Numbered from the stretch's first letter, positions 12,761 to 25,500 are shown. The stretch is 64,000 nucleotides of DNA from Eledone cirrhosa (GCA_964016885.1 OZ024742.1:159774001-159838000); one strand, 5' to 3'. The notes: generated from the letters alone by a model not told the origin. Numbers and translations: made by a program.

Positions 12761-12770
12761 GTATATATAT
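12146..12770. repeat. (TA)-rich microsatellite with a short minus-strand LINE 3' end (12545-12668, (GAT)n tail)
   Basis: Read directly. The minus strand reads ...GAGACAGAGATGCATGGAGG...GATGATGATG. Confidence 0.75.
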
Positions 12771-14055
12771 TTTTTCTTTTTTCTTTTCGTTACTATATGT
12801 CTAATGATAGACACTCCCTATGAATTTCCAAGAATTAGGAGAGATTTAGGAAAATAAGCATTTTCCTTGTTATATTCCTAATGAAAGATTTTTTCAATAA
12901 TTTTGAAAAGAAAATTTTGTAGGGATTTTGTAATATAACTATGATCAATAGTACAATCTTCTCGTGAAATTAACATGGAAGTGGTTTAACATTTCATAGA
13001 CACGCATACTCTAGAGGTCCCTGCGGCAAGGTTGGTCCTTTGAATTACAAGTACAATTCATTTTCTCTATCTGACATCGAACTCACGTCATTGCGATTGG
13101 GAGCCAAACACCCTAACCATAAAACCACGCACTTCCACTTTCTTTATTACAGTTTATTAATTAACAATAACAGCATAACCCCTAACGAGGGATTTGTAAC
13201 TCGTAGAAATACCGCCATCCACACATTTTTTTTGTTGCTATTGTGTGTATGTCTGTGTGCATATGTTCCATAATGTGTCTTTCACCATATAGAAATGTAT
13301 GGAAAGAGAAACCTACATTTTGACATACAATTGATAGGGACTTACGCCGATATATTTCGTCTTGCTTGCGGTTTATCGTATTTATTACGACGTATATTCT
13401 CTACAAAATGGTAACTCCTTTCGCCGAACTTAAGGAAAGATGGGTATGAACCAGTAATAAACAGAGGCATGATTAAAACAGCACAGCACGCACTTTTTAA
13501 GTCAACTCTGGGGTACTCTGTTAGAGCTCGGAGTGCAGCGAATTGCTTATAATTCAAATGTAAACTTTCTTTCGTGACGAGTGAATGATACGAACTTGTA
13601 ACGACATATCTGATTTTGCAGCCTATTTACTTTTATGCTTAAATAAAATACTTTTGAGGCATCGAATGGGCAAATTCATTACAGCGTCAGATAGATTGCT
13701 TTGCGGTACTTGTTCCGGCTCTGTGCTCTCAGTTCAAATCATGTCGAGGTTTTCCTTGTCTTTCATCATTTCGTGGTCGATAAAAAAAAGTATCAGTCCA
13801 GTACTAGTGCAGATTCTTTCTCTAAATCCATTTCACACTTCCTCTCTGTCCATCTCTCTCTCCTTTTCTGAAAGGAAATGGCCTCTGCAAGGTTTCAGAA
13901 ATGCTCAAGAAACGCCGTATGTCACTACAGCACCCAAACGACTCCATCGGAAGTTACGGGTTTATACGATATATACAATATATTTATTTACCGAAGCCAG
14001 AAAGCTCTGCTGACTCACGCACATCCATTTACATTTATTATTAAGAATTTGAAAA

Positions 14056-14280
14056 GGGCGATGGATTGGCAATATCGGTAGAGTGTCAGACGAACAGCTT
14101 CTTTGTATATAATTACCCTTTTCTGCGTTCTGAGTTTAAATCCCATTGAGGTCAACGTTGACTTTCATTCTTCTGAGGTTGATAAAAATAAAATCACAAT
14201 TAAATACTGGAGTCGATATAATCAACCTTCCCCTTCCCCCAAATTGCTGATCTTGTGCCTAAATTAGAAATGATCATTAT
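14056..14280 (+). mobile_element. tRNA-derived SINE (Nin-domain-like, cephalopod-type)
   Basis: A-box-like GGATTGGCA, B-box-like GAGTTTAAATC, CTTTCATTCTTCTGAGGTTGATAAAA core, GTGCCTAAATTAGAAA end. Confidence 0.75.
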
Positions 14281-14297
14281 AGATTTGAAATACATAC

Positions 14298-14458
14298 CAT
14301 TGCGCCATTCACTGAAAGTAGATTTGTTAGAATATATTATATATGGTAGAGTGTTTTTCGGGGCCCAAATACACTGTGGATTATATCCAACCATTAGCCA
14401 GCCAGAATTCATGTTACAGTTGGTTTCGCTTTGTTTAGCTATATAAGCTGTGAACGGA
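14298..14458 (-). CDS. Host gene exon 4 (PAN-domain + uncharacterised domain protein)
   Basis: TTTTATTTTCAG acceptor and GTATGT donor. The phase 2 start matches the previous exon. Encodes YPFTAYIAKQSETNCNMNSGWLMVGYNPQCIWAPKNTLPYIIYSNKSTFSEWRN. Confidence 0.75.
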
Positions 14459-14728
14459 CTGAAAATAAAATGAAATATTCAATAATTAACGGTACTTTAA
14501 ATTCCCCCCAAACTGTGGCATAGCTAGAATGTGTACTACCACCATCACTACCACCACCTCAAATATATACAACCGACCCAAACGTGTCAGTTAAAACGGA
14601 GCACTCACCCTTACCCCATCCCACTCCCAGATACGCTATTGCTGTACAAAAAGTGAGTACACAATTCAATCGAAGCTGCGCGAATACATTTGTAGACGGA
14701 GACTTTGAATATGTAAACATATTTACAT

Positions 14729-14823
14729 ATTTCTCTATAGACTGAAGATGATGGACAGGCTAAACCGAGTTTTGATTCTGGTTGGAGCCTCATCAGATAT
14801 ATCTCTACGATTAATAGAGAAAT
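14729..14823 (+). ncRNA. Degenerate type I hammerhead (A14->U)
   Basis: ATTTCTCTA-TAGA-CTGAAGA-TGATG..AGGCT..AGCCT-CATCA-GATA-TA-TC-TCTA-CGATTAA-TAGAGAAAT. Confidence 0.6.
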
Positions 14824-15114
14824 CCGTAACCAATGACTTTATAAGCCTACCAAATGTAACAATTACAGCCAACTGGCAAATCCCCCCTCCTTATGGGATC
14901 CAGTCCTTAACAAAGTCTACCAAATAGAGGCTTATGAGTGTTCCCACTCCCACCTATACAGTCATTTCTGGTGCCACAGTTGTATAGTGGAGATTCCATC
15001 CTCCATCCAAACCTATTGTACCAGAGCTACGAAATTTTGTTGAGGAAACCCCGTCGAATTCAAAGCGGTAGTATCTGACATCCTCCACAAGTTCCTGCTC
15101 CTTACCTGTAAGGG

Positions 15115-15300
15115 ATGAATTTCTTCTTGAAGCTTAGGCTGAAAGAAAGGCCTCTGGCGGTGGTGCAAGTTTATGTACCAAACAGAGAGTCTGAAAACAG
15201 ATTCTTACTTGATGAAGTCACTCTAGCATTAGATGTAGTTAAGACTGTGTCATATATCCTAATTGGAGACTTCAAGAAATCCCCGACGAAACTCACGATG
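15115..15300 (+). mobile_element. LINE (RTE-like) AP-endonuclease fragment
   Basis: VVQVYVPN...LLDEV...ILIGDF motifs. Confidence 0.65.
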
Positions 15301-15567
15301 TTGGAACCGATTGGAGACTGTTAGCTCAGCTTTTAAATGCTGCAAGCAAAAGAGGGTTCTTTGGTTAAATCAAGAGGTAGAAGAAGCCACCCGAACAAAG
15401 AAGGTGGCTTACAAAGGTTGATTTGGAAGTAAGTCTTCTGTCTTGTACTTGCAGTACAAGCAGGTAGGAAAGGACGCAGCAGAAACAGTTCAGGCTTCCA
15501 AAGTTAAGACATATGAGGACTTTGGGTTTAAGCTCGTATATATGTATGTTATATTTATATATATGAT

Positions 15568-15616
<49 letters not shown>

Positions 15617-15725
15617 AATTAGTATATCTACTAACATATATATACAGATGCATACCTATGCCAGCACATATATAGGTTTTGTCTTAGTAACTTTGTGGTT
15701 CAATGCATGGGGATGCAGAACAATA

Positions 15726-16078
15726 ATATGAGAGACGTAAAATAAGAAAATTATAAAAATTAACTTACTTACTAAAATTTCACTCCAACTAATTAGTTTC
15801 TGAAAGGGAATAAACATAGTTTCCGAAGAAACGTACGGAGAAGCCTTTCGTCATCAGGGAAGTCTGGACCGTGGACACAGGGAACTTATACAAAATTTTT
15901 GTATAAGTTCCCTGTGTCCACGTATTGCCTGGAAACTTAGCTGAGAATAGACTTCCCTGATGACGAAAGGCTTCTCCGTACGTTTCTTCGGAAACTATGT
16001 TTATTCCCTTTCAGAAACTAATTAGTTGGAGTGAAATTTTAGTAAGTAAGTTAATTTTTATAATTTTCTTATTTTACG

Positions 16079-16088
<10 letters not shown>
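15726..16088. mobile_element. Nested palindromic element: 140-bp perfect arms, each carrying an HHR, plus inner 53-bp hairpin
   Basis: 15726-15865 is the reverse complement of 15949-16088. An inner palindrome lies at 15870-15922. Confidence 0.9.
15951..16032 (+). ncRNA. Type I hammerhead (mirror copy 15782-15863 minus)
   Basis: ACTTCC-CTGATGA-CGAA...TTCG-GAAA-CTA...TAG-TT-GGAGT. Confidence 0.62.
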
Positions 16089-16132
<44 letters not shown>

Positions 16133-16135
<3 letters not shown>

Positions 16136-16358
16136 AACCTTGGTCTTCCTCTTCTAGTGTGTCCATGTAGGGGCTCCCAAAGGAGCACTGAGTGCAATGT
16201 CAACTCTGGATGTCGGTGAGCATATGTTGATGCCCTAAGGACAGACACTGGTCTGTTGGAGATGCAGGATATGGCAGCGATAATGAGGGACAGAGACCGC
16301 TGGAGAGAACTCGTCCATGGATCTCGGGAATTTTACCCGCCTTAGATAGATAGATAGA
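16133..16358 (+). mobile_element. RTE LINE 3' fragment with inverted 5' piece
   Basis: 16133-16224 is the reverse complement of the segment that precedes 16222-16345 in the copy at 11915-12130. Ends in a (TAGA)n tail. Confidence 0.8.
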
Positions 16359-16689
16359 TATATATATATATATATATAATTTAGTATATATGTATGTTAT
16401 ATTGTTATATTTATATGCTTGTACTGCAAGACTCTGGCTTATGCTCATACGACTTCTCAGAATGTGGTAAATTATTTACTTTGCATAGGTGCCAGTGGAT
16501 CACCCTGCCCATCACATCATGTCTCCAGCCCTTATAGTGAGTCTGGGCTATTATTATTATTGGCGACCTACGTAGGAAATCGTATTATCGTGAGCTCCAC
16601 AAAGGCTTACTATTTTCAGTTGTTTAAAATTGGCATTTATGGAAAATTTTTATTGTTAACTGTATGTAAGTGCACATACATTAATTTGT

Positions 16690-19600
16690 GAAAAGGACAC
16701 TCAAAAAGATTGGGGCCTTGAGCAAAAATTTAAACTTTTATAATTATCAAACAAAGATTTTTCTTTGAATAATCATGGACGACTCAGAGACACACCTTCC
16801 TCACAAACTAACACCTCACACCGACGCCACCATTGTAAATATTACTACGTTTGCCAACACTAAAATTATAAGCAGTAGCAATATTTTAAATTTGTCTCAG
16901 GCAGACATTAATTTCCCGCCATTACCAATGACTGCAGGTGTTGAAGCCGCCACCCCCACCACCACCACAGCGACAAGAGAAACAAAAGAAAAAAATAAAT
17001 TAACTCGTGATATCGAAATGAATTCAACCAAAATGAACTCTTCCACACCGAACACCACTGACGCAACCACCACCACAACTGAAACTAAAATTAACAATAA
17101 CAAAAATAACGATAACAACAACAGCAACAATGAAATTAAGAAAACCACCCTGAGCTTTGCCAGAGTAGCAAAAAAGTGCGAAGAATTCAAGGTAACTCAG
17201 GAGGAATTAGAAGAAGCCAAAAAAATGGTAAAGAAAGATGGTTACAGGGTCAGCCCCCCCCCCACCTAATAAAATGGAGCATCGGCGCCTATGCACCGTG
17301 TCTTATCGGACGATTAACATAAAATCGCGCCGAGTGGAACGGGCATCCAGTTCTCAAATACCAAAATCTTTGGGACATGTGTGGGCAAAAAAACCCACAT
17401 CAGACGTGGGCAGAAATATGGAACCGTGGACGTGTACTTTGAAATACCACAGGAGGCCAGAGAACACTCCATTTCCCCATTAAGAAGTGACGACTTCACA
17501 CTCCTCCCAAGCTATTGTGGCTAGAGACTCGTGAAGATCAGGGTGACCCACGTTCCACCGGCCATCGAAATTCCCTGGCTAATAGCTGCCGTCCTCGCCG
17601 GCATCGAAGCCAACACCAAGATAATCGAAATAGCGAAAGAAAAGCAGGAGAACTGGTCCAGATCTGGGATGGAGCTCCTGATCCAAGCGGACCAAAAAAG
17701 CATTGAGGAGATCCCAGAAGTAATAGACCTCACTGACGGCAGCCACCTCACCGCAGAAGGCCTAGGTGTGTCGTTTGTGGTGAAGGAACCCACCTAAGGG
17801 CTTTTTGCCCTCAGGCTAAAAGGTTGAGGCCACTTCTCTTACCTACCCCAGTGACATCAACACCACCAGCAGCAGAAATGGCAGCAACAACAGAAGCAAC
17901 TGTAACAGCAACAACCCCAGCAACAGTAGCAAAACCAACACCTTCACCACCCAACGCGCCAGAACTAGCACCAGCGCCTACACCATCCACCACGCCACAA
18001 CCAAAACCAACGCTTGTGGAGGATTTTCCACTCCCCGGCTTATCGCAACTGGAGACAGATTGTGACGACGAGGAGTGGGAAACGGTATCAGTAAAAATGC
18101 AAAAAAGAAACCCCAAAAGAAAAAATTCTCTTCCTTCCCCCTCCAAAAACAAAATACAGGGAGAAACAAATAAACTATCAAACAAAAAAGTTAGGACAGA
18201 TATGCCACCATCCACACCACCATCACCAACCCCATCACCACAAACACCAACACCATCACCATCATTAACCCCAACACCACCATCACCAACACCACAAAAG
18301 TCACCAAAAAGCGAAACAGAAACAAACGCAAACAAAACAAAACAACCAAAACGATACACACTACACAGCAGATTGGCAGTATCGGTAGAGAGTCGGACGC
18401 CATGCTTTCCAGCATAGTTACGTCCCTTTACGATCCGAGTTCAAATCCCGCCGAGGTTGACTTTGCCTTTCATCCTTACGGGGTCGATAAAATAAAGAAC
18501 CAGTAATGCACTGGGTAATTGCTGGCCTTGTGCCTAAAGTAGAAACAATTAAATTTGAACTACCAATTATTACACTACATCCAACACAACACCAGCATCA
18601 CAGAAAAAGACTACACAACAACCCAAAAGTTCACACCACCTCCACACATACAAATCACTCGCATCACACAGAAAACATACACGACACTAAAACAAAAATT
18701 CCCCAAAGACATCGGAGACTTCCGACAAACACTCTCCAGGAGGATTTATAAGGACATCCTTCCGGAGGAGGGCACAAGCAGTGAAAAGGATGGACAAACC
18801 ATCCTTCCTCTACGAGAAGTAAGGTAAGTAGTCTTTTCCATCTTTTCCACTCCATTTCAACATGACCTCACTCAGAATAGGCAGCATAAATGCGCGTGGC
18901 TTGGGGTTGTCATGGAAGCAGGGCCACCTGCTCAACGACCTCAGGTCACTAAACATAGATGTAGTGGCCATCAGCGAGACCAGAATCTCCGAAGCACGGG
19001 CCTTCGCACCGATCTTCGGCGGCTACGATGTGTACTCATCTCCCAGCCGTCCGGGATCGGGGAGAGGAGTTGGTGTGCTTTTTCGGAGAGGTTTGGATCT
19101 CGCCATACGGGCCATCTTCCTGGACCCAGAAGGTAAGTTGGTGGTGCTAGACGTGACCAGCGGAGACGGGCAAGCTTTCAGGCTAGTAGCCATCTATGCC
19201 CCGACAGGAGCAGTGCGGCCTGACTTCTTCCGGCGTCTGGAGACCTTTCTTGGAACGTCCCGCACTTTAGTGTTAGTGGGCGACTGGAACGGGATCTTAG
19301 ATGCACGCTGGGACTGTGTGGGATTAGCGGATAGGGGTGGAGGGTGCAAGAGCCTCACCAACCTGCTCAGGCGTTTTGAACTGTCTGACAGGTACCGATT
19401 GGATTTCCCAAATGTGCCAATGTGGACTTGGACAAATCGCATAGGGTCATCCAGATCATATCTAGATAGAGTATTTTGTAGGGAAATAGATAGGTCTAGC
19501 ATAGGCTGTCCACAATTCAAGATAGTCAGCTACACGGACCACAAATTCGTGATCTGTGTGCTTGACTTAGATAGGCTTCATAGACGAGGACCCGGCTACT

Positions 19601-20770
19601 GGAAGCTAAACGCGTCCTTACCAGCGCGCAAGGCCTACAGAGACCGGATTAGCGAACTAGTTAAGCGGGCGTTGACGGGGGCCATCGTCAACAACAAGTG
19701 GTGGTTTGCTCTGAAAAGAGCGATTAGAATAGAATCGATTAGGTTTAGTAAGGCTTTAGCAATAGAGAAAAATAGAGCAGAGGGAGAACTAGTTAGAAAA
19801 TTAGACGAGGCGCTTAGCAAAGGCATTGCGACCGACGTGCTTGCGGCGAAATTGGCCCTTGACCAATTCTTCAATGCAAAGCACGAAGGCTGCGTTGTCA
19901 GAGCTAGGGTGCGTGCTCTCAGACACGAGGGGACGAAAGCCGTTCAATGGGCCCGAGTGGCGGAGGCGCGTCGTGGCAACAAAGCCACGATACGGTCTTT
20001 GGTGGACCACGACGGGCGCATGCTACTCGATCCCGGGCAAATGTGTGAAGCTTTTCAGCGACACTTCGCTCAGCTGTTCGGGGTCAGCGGTGGGCCGAGT
20101 CGAGGGATGGACTTTAGTATCTACCTCGACGGACTGCCGCGGCTCTCGGCCACTGAGGCGGAGTGTTGCGAAAAGCCGATAACAGCCGCTGAAGTAAGGG
20201 AGGCTATGACTGGCTGCACAAGGGGTAAATCGCCTGGTTTGGATGGTCTGCCCTATGAACTTTACGTACAGATGCCAGACTTGTTCGGAGGCCTCTTGGC
20301 GGACGTCTACTGCAACTGGCAACAGAACGGGAGAATTCCCAGTTCTGTGAGCCGAGGAGCGGTGGCACTGCTGAGAAAGGATCCGAACAAGGGGGATAAC
20401 ATAGATAATTTCAAGCCCATAACTCTGCTAAACACAGAGTTCAAGATTTTGGCCAAGGTGCTAGCAAAGAGGTTGGCGCTTGACGTTGGTGGTCTGGTGG
20501 GAGAGGCGCAGACATGCGCCATTCCCGACAGATCCATTCACGACAACCTCCACCTCATGCAATACATCGTAGAGAGGGTAGCTAGGGAACCTGGCACGGG
20601 TGGGTCCTTGATCAATTTAGATCAGTCGAAAGCTTTCGATAGGGTCGACCATCGTTACCTAGCGGTAGTCCTGAGGGCGGCTGGCTTTGTGCCCGTCTTC
20701 AGAGGCTGGATCGCTGCCATGCACAGCGACATCTGCTCTGTGGTGAGAGTGAACAGTCACCTTTCGGAAC
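16690..20770 (+). mobile_element. Tx1/L1-clade non-LTR retrotransposon (ORF1 frameshifted; ORF2 3'-truncated)
   Basis: ORF1 pieces (SFARV; KIRVTHVPP; Pro/Thr-rich) at 16775-18827, then ORF2 with APE and RT. Confidence 0.9.
18368..18551 (+). mobile_element. tRNA-derived SINE inserted in Tx1 ORF1
   Basis: GATTGGCAGTATCGGTAGAG...GAGTTCAAATC...GCCTTTCATCCTTACGGGGTCGATAAAA...GTAGAAACAATT. Confidence 0.85.
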
Positions 20771-20817
20771 TGAAGTTCATACGCCGATCCGGCCCGCCGC
20801 TGCTCCCAAACAGTTGA
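18862..20817 (+). CDS. Tx1-like ORF2: AP endonuclease + N-terminal reverse transcriptase (truncated)
   Basis: SINARGL, ISET, IYAP, GDWN, SYLDR, TDH, GPGYWKLN, KSPGLDGLP, FKPITLLN, DQSKAFDRV. Homology ends near 20770 where an inverted copy begins. Confidence 0.92.
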   Translation: MTSLRIGSINARGLGLSWKQGHLLNDLRSLNIDVVAISETRISEARAFAPIFGGYDVYSSPSRPGSGRGVGVLFRRGLDLAIRAIFLDPEGKLVVLDVTSGDGQAFRLVAIYAPTGAVRPDFFRRLETFLGTSRTLVLVGDWNGILDARWDCVGLADRGGGCKSLTNLLRRFELSDRYRLDFPNVPMWTWTNRIGSSRSYLDRVFCREIDRSSIGCPQFKIVSYTDHKFVICVLDLDRLHRRGPGYWKLNASLPARKAYRDRISELVKRALTGAIVNNKWWFALKRAIRIESIRFSKALAIEKNRAEGELVRKLDEALSKGIATDVLAAKLALDQFFNAKHEGCVVRARVRALRHEGTKAVQWARVAEARRGNKATIRSLVDHDGRMLLDPGQMCEAFQRHFAQLFGVSGGPSRGMDFSIYLDGLPRLSATEAECCEKPITAAEVREAMTGCTRGKSPGLDGLPYELYVQMPDLFGGLLADVYCNWQQNGRIPSSVSRGAVALLRKDPNKGDNIDNFKPITLLNTEFKILAKVLAKRLALDVGGLVGEAQTCAIPDRSIHDNLHLMQYIVERVAREPGTGGSLINLDQSKAFDRVDHRYLAVVLRAAGFVPVFRGWIAAMHSDICSVVRVNSHLSELKFIRRSGPPLLPNS

Positions 20818-22500
20818 GCAGAGTCCTGCTGAAAAGCCTCACACATGCGCCCGTTTTGGTAAGATAAAGACCGAATTTTGGATTTGTTCCCACATCGCCC
20901 CCGCCTATTGGACGGTTTTCGTCCCCTTGTGTCGCATAGCACACGCTCTAGCCCTGACAATGCAGCCTTCATGCTTTGTGTTGAAGAATTGGTCGAGTGC
21001 CAATCTTGCTGCAAGCATGCCTGTTCTAAACGCCTCTTCTAGCTTTCTAACTAGCTCTCCTTCTACTCTATTTTCCTCTATCTTTACTCCTTTGCTAAAC
21101 CTTATTGAGTCTACTCTAATTGCCCTTTTCAAGGTAAACCACCACCTGTTGTTGACGATCGCACCCGTCAACGCACGCTTAACTAATTCGCTTATCCGGT
21201 CTATGTAAGTTTTGCGCGCCAGGAACGAAGCGTTCAGATTTCAGTAACCGGGTCCTTGCCTATGAAGTCTATCTAAGTCAACTTGACAGATCACAAATTT
21301 GTGGTCCGTGTAGTCGACTACTTTAAATTGTTGACAACCTACACTAGCCTTATCTGTTTCCCTACATAATACCCTATCTAGATACGATCTGGATAACCCG
21401 ATGCGGTTTGCATATTCGGATAATCCAGTCGGTACCTGTCAGACAGTTGAAAACGTTTGAGCAGATTGGCGAGGCTTTTACATCCTCCTCCTCTATCTAC
21501 TAGCCCCACATAATCTCAGCGTGCATCTAATTACTGTTCCAGTCGCCCACTAACACTAAAGAGTGGGGTGTTCCCAGAAAGGTCTCTAGACGTCTGAAGA
21601 AATCTGGCCGTCTTCGGAAATTATGGACTCGCTGATGACCACCACATCTATGTTTAGTGACCTGAGGTCGTTGAGCAGGCGGCCATGCTTCCAAGATGAC
21701 CCCAGGTCACGTACATTTACATTGCCTATTCTAAGTAAGGCGATGTTGGGTGAGGAACGGGGGTTGTGAGAAATGATCACTTACCTTGACTGTGTGGGAA
21801 AGGGACAGTCGAACCGTCCCTTCGGCTGGTCATGGGTGTCTCCAAGATAATATCCGTGTATATTCTCATGATAAACGACTCCCTGAAGTCCCCAACGCAG
21901 TTGGGGAATTTTTGTTTTAAATGTTTATAATGTTCCAGTTTAATCTCGACAATATTTATTTTTTTGGTAATGTTCTTGGGGTTGGTGGGGTGTAGTAATT
22001 TTTGTCTGTATTTTCTGTGTTGCTTTATATGTTAATGAGTTCTTTATTTGCAATGTTTATGGCTGTGTAATTTTTATGGGGGAGGGCTGTTTTCTTCTTG
22101 TTGATGTTGAGGTCTGTCTTGTGTTTGCGATGTTAGTGTTTGTGGTGATGCAGGTGGGGATGTGGTTGTTGTTGGTGGTGATGCTTGTGGTGGTGGGGGT
22201 GACACTGCTGCAAATCGCCTTGCAGCATTTACCCCTCTTTGTTTGCCCTCGCTTTTGGAGGGCGAAGCTAAGGGTTTTTTCCTTTTCATTTTGTGACAGA
22301 CCTTTTGCTATCCCACTTCCGCCTCACACTCCATGTCGGATTCCGTAGGTTCTAGGAGGGGCATGAGCTCCATGGCTGTTGGTGGTAGTAGTGGAGCCCG
22401 CTCCTGCGATTTTGCCGCTGTTGTAGTTCTGCGACTGTTGGTGTTGCCGCCACTGCTGTCGCTGTTTTAGTTGTCCGTGGCCTTGGTATGGGTGTCACGG
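20771..22500 (-). mobile_element. Degenerate Tx1-like copy (ORF1 end + ORF2 APE/linker)
   Basis: Minus-strand GRLLNDLRSLNIDVVVISES and TGAIVNNRWWFTLKRAIR match the plus copy. Confidence 0.85.
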
Positions 22501-22509
22501 ACGTTGAGA

Positions 22510-25500
22510 TTATATTGACAGTAACAAATTAGCTAATACACGAAGAAACATCGTTAAGAAGATATTACTAACTGACATGGAAATTTATCAGATCAAGCAA
22601 TTAGCGCAATGTCATCGAAGGGAAAATGAAACATGTGTCAGTGAAAACGAAGTAAATTGTAACACCTTAAATCCCAGGGTGGGGGCGGAATCACTGACAG
22701 CCGAACAAATTAATGAAAGGATCGAACAAGTGGAAGGAGTGCATGTTCAAGATGAAACTCAAAATGAATACAATTAAGAGATCAATGATAAAGAAATGAA
22801 TGCGAATGAACTCGTCAACTTGAAAAATGAAATCATGATCGAATGGATGAAAATGAAAGAATATGACATGGAGGAACGAGACATCCTCCCTAAGATCCAG
22901 AACTCCAAATAAAGCCAGAGGATTATACGCAAGACTCCCATAGCTCTCAAAGACATTATCACCACAAATAAACTAAACATTACTGAACTAAATCATCCTT
23001 ATTATGCATCGGCTAAAGTCACCACTCACTTATGTGGAGTGAAAATGAAAAAACAAAGGAATGCCCACAAAAAAACCTACTTGGCAAGAGAACAACAATC
23101 GCCAAATAAACTTTCTTCGATCTGACATAGAAATTTTAGCAAACTACAAAGTAGGTGAACATGTTAAACAAACTAAATTCAGAAAATTGAAAAGAAAATA
23201 CAATATAAAATCAACAATCGACCTAGCCATGATGATAGAAACAATCAAGCAAAAAGTGTCGGCCAAAGCTGCTTGTACAAGGCGCTTTGAAAAACGTTCC
23301 AGATTCTATAAGGACAATAATATGTTCAAAAACAACCGAAACAAACGTCTACAGAATAATTGGCAAGTCAACAATAACTGCTAAATCAATACCACCCAAG
23401 GAGGAAGTGCAAGAATTCTGGGAAAAGATCTGGGCTGAAGAAAAAGTTCATAATATAAATGCTCTATGGAAAGACAGACAAATGAAAGATACAGTTCACC
23501 TTCAGGAACAACTTTACAATGAAATGGTTAAGGAGCCAGAAAAGATACCGTCATAGCTAGTTAACGGCATTAAATTCTTACTTCCGAAGAATGATGAGAC
23601 AAATAATCCAAAAAATTACAGACCGATAACTTTCTTGACCACAATGTATAAAATCTTAACATCAATCCTAACTGAATATACATATGATCACCTGACAGCA
23701 AATGATCTATTTCCCAATGATCAGAAAGGATCTATACGAGGCTCATATGACTGAAATGATCAGCTTTTGATTAACAAAATACTGGAAGATAGTCATAATA
23801 GACACAAAAAATCTATCAATTGCTTGGATAGATTACAAAAAAAGCATTCGATAGTTTGCCACACAGTTGGATTGAAAAATGTTTAGAGATTTTCAAAATA
23901 TCTCCCGTTGTCAGGAGCTTCTTGTCATTCAGTATGAAGACATGGAAAACAACACTCATTTTGAACAGTGAAAAAAAAATCACTGGAAGCTGGAGAAGTT
24001 AATATTAATTGTGGAATTTTTCAAAGTGAGTCTTTATCACCGCTTTTATTCTGCATCGCACTTATACCATTAAGTAAAATGCTCAATGAAACAAAACATG
24101 GATATAAAGTCTATGGCAAAACCATTAATCACTTTTTCTACATGGATGACCTGAAACTATTTGCAAAAAATGATGAGCGATTGCAAGGGCTATTATCCAC
24201 TGTGAAGCAGTTCGGTGATGATATTAAAATAGAGTTTGGACTAGATAAATGCGCCAAAATCCACGTTCACCAGTGGAAAGCTGCTGAGAAGTTTAGACAA
24301 TAATCTTGATCAGGGGCATGTAATAGAACTTGTTCAAGAGGAAACTTACAAATATCTAGGTGTTTGTGAAGGAGACAGAATCAAGCACTCGACAATGAGG
24401 GAAAGGATAAGGAAGGAATGTTACCGCAGAGTAAGAGCAATTTTAAGAACGGGGTTGAATGTGAGGGATAGGTTCAATGCCATGAACACACTTGCCATAC
24501 CAGTAGTAACTTACAGTTTCAATGTCATCAACTGGTCAAGCACAGAGATCCGTAAACTTGATACGAAAATTAGAAAATTCTTAACCATGCACAGAATGCA
24601 TCACCCTAAGGCAGATATAGATAGAATATCTCTCTCTAGGAAAGAAGGAGAACGTGGATTAATCCAGCTAGATATCTTTTTGAAAACTGCAACAATTGGA
24701 TTATCTACATATCTAAGGGAGGCACATGATTGGATGATCAAACTCGTTTTGAAACATGAAAGCATCAAAAGATCATACTCCATTACAAAATATGCACAAA
24801 GATACAGTAATGAACTACAAATTTCAGAAGTTCCCTTTACTGTTAAAATGAAAAACAGAAAAAGCAAAGCAGGTAAAAGTAACTGCAAAGAAAGAACTGC
24901 TACAGAAACTGGCTAAGAAATGGCAAGAAAAGCCACTGTATGGAAAATACCCAGAAAGAGCTAACAATCCTGATGTTGACAAAACTTTAACCCATCAGTG
25001 GTTGGCATCCTCTGGACTGAAATCGGAGACTGAAGGACTGATTATATCAGCACAAGATCAGTGTCTGCCAACAAAAAGTTATCAAGCCAACATAATAAAA
25101 AATGGATGCAACCCATTATGCCGTGTATGTAAAAAACAACCAGAGACCATTGATCATATAATTTCAATGTGCAGTCCTATAGCTCCAACCGAATACCTAA
25201 ACAGTCATAACAGAGCTGCACAATAAATGCATTGGGTAATGTGTAAGCATTTTGACCTGTCCCATCAAAAGAATTGGTGGGAGTATCAACCACCTCCCGT
25301 ACTTGAAAAAGGTTCCAATAAGCAAGAATGTATCTATAAAAACATTTGAAATTGGAAAAATGTGGAATTTGAGAACTAAAACAATACCAGTGGTTGTAGC
25401 CGCTTTGGTATAAGTAATCATTAGACCTAAGGGGTCTAATGATTACTTATACCAAATCCCAGGTATCCCGCGTATAAAAAAATACAAAAGATAGTGCTAA

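Noticed and set aside
13346-13629. Alternative phase-1 exon candidate (open frame to a GTAAGT donor)
   Set aside because: Purine-rich acceptor and no recognisable protein features.
18368-18551. tRNA genes suggested by A/B boxes
   Set aside because: No cloverleaf. These are SINE heads.
17811-22348. Antisense and alternative-frame ORFs over LINE bodies (also 30305-37244, 38509-42972)
   Set aside because: Shadow ORFs of TE coding strands.
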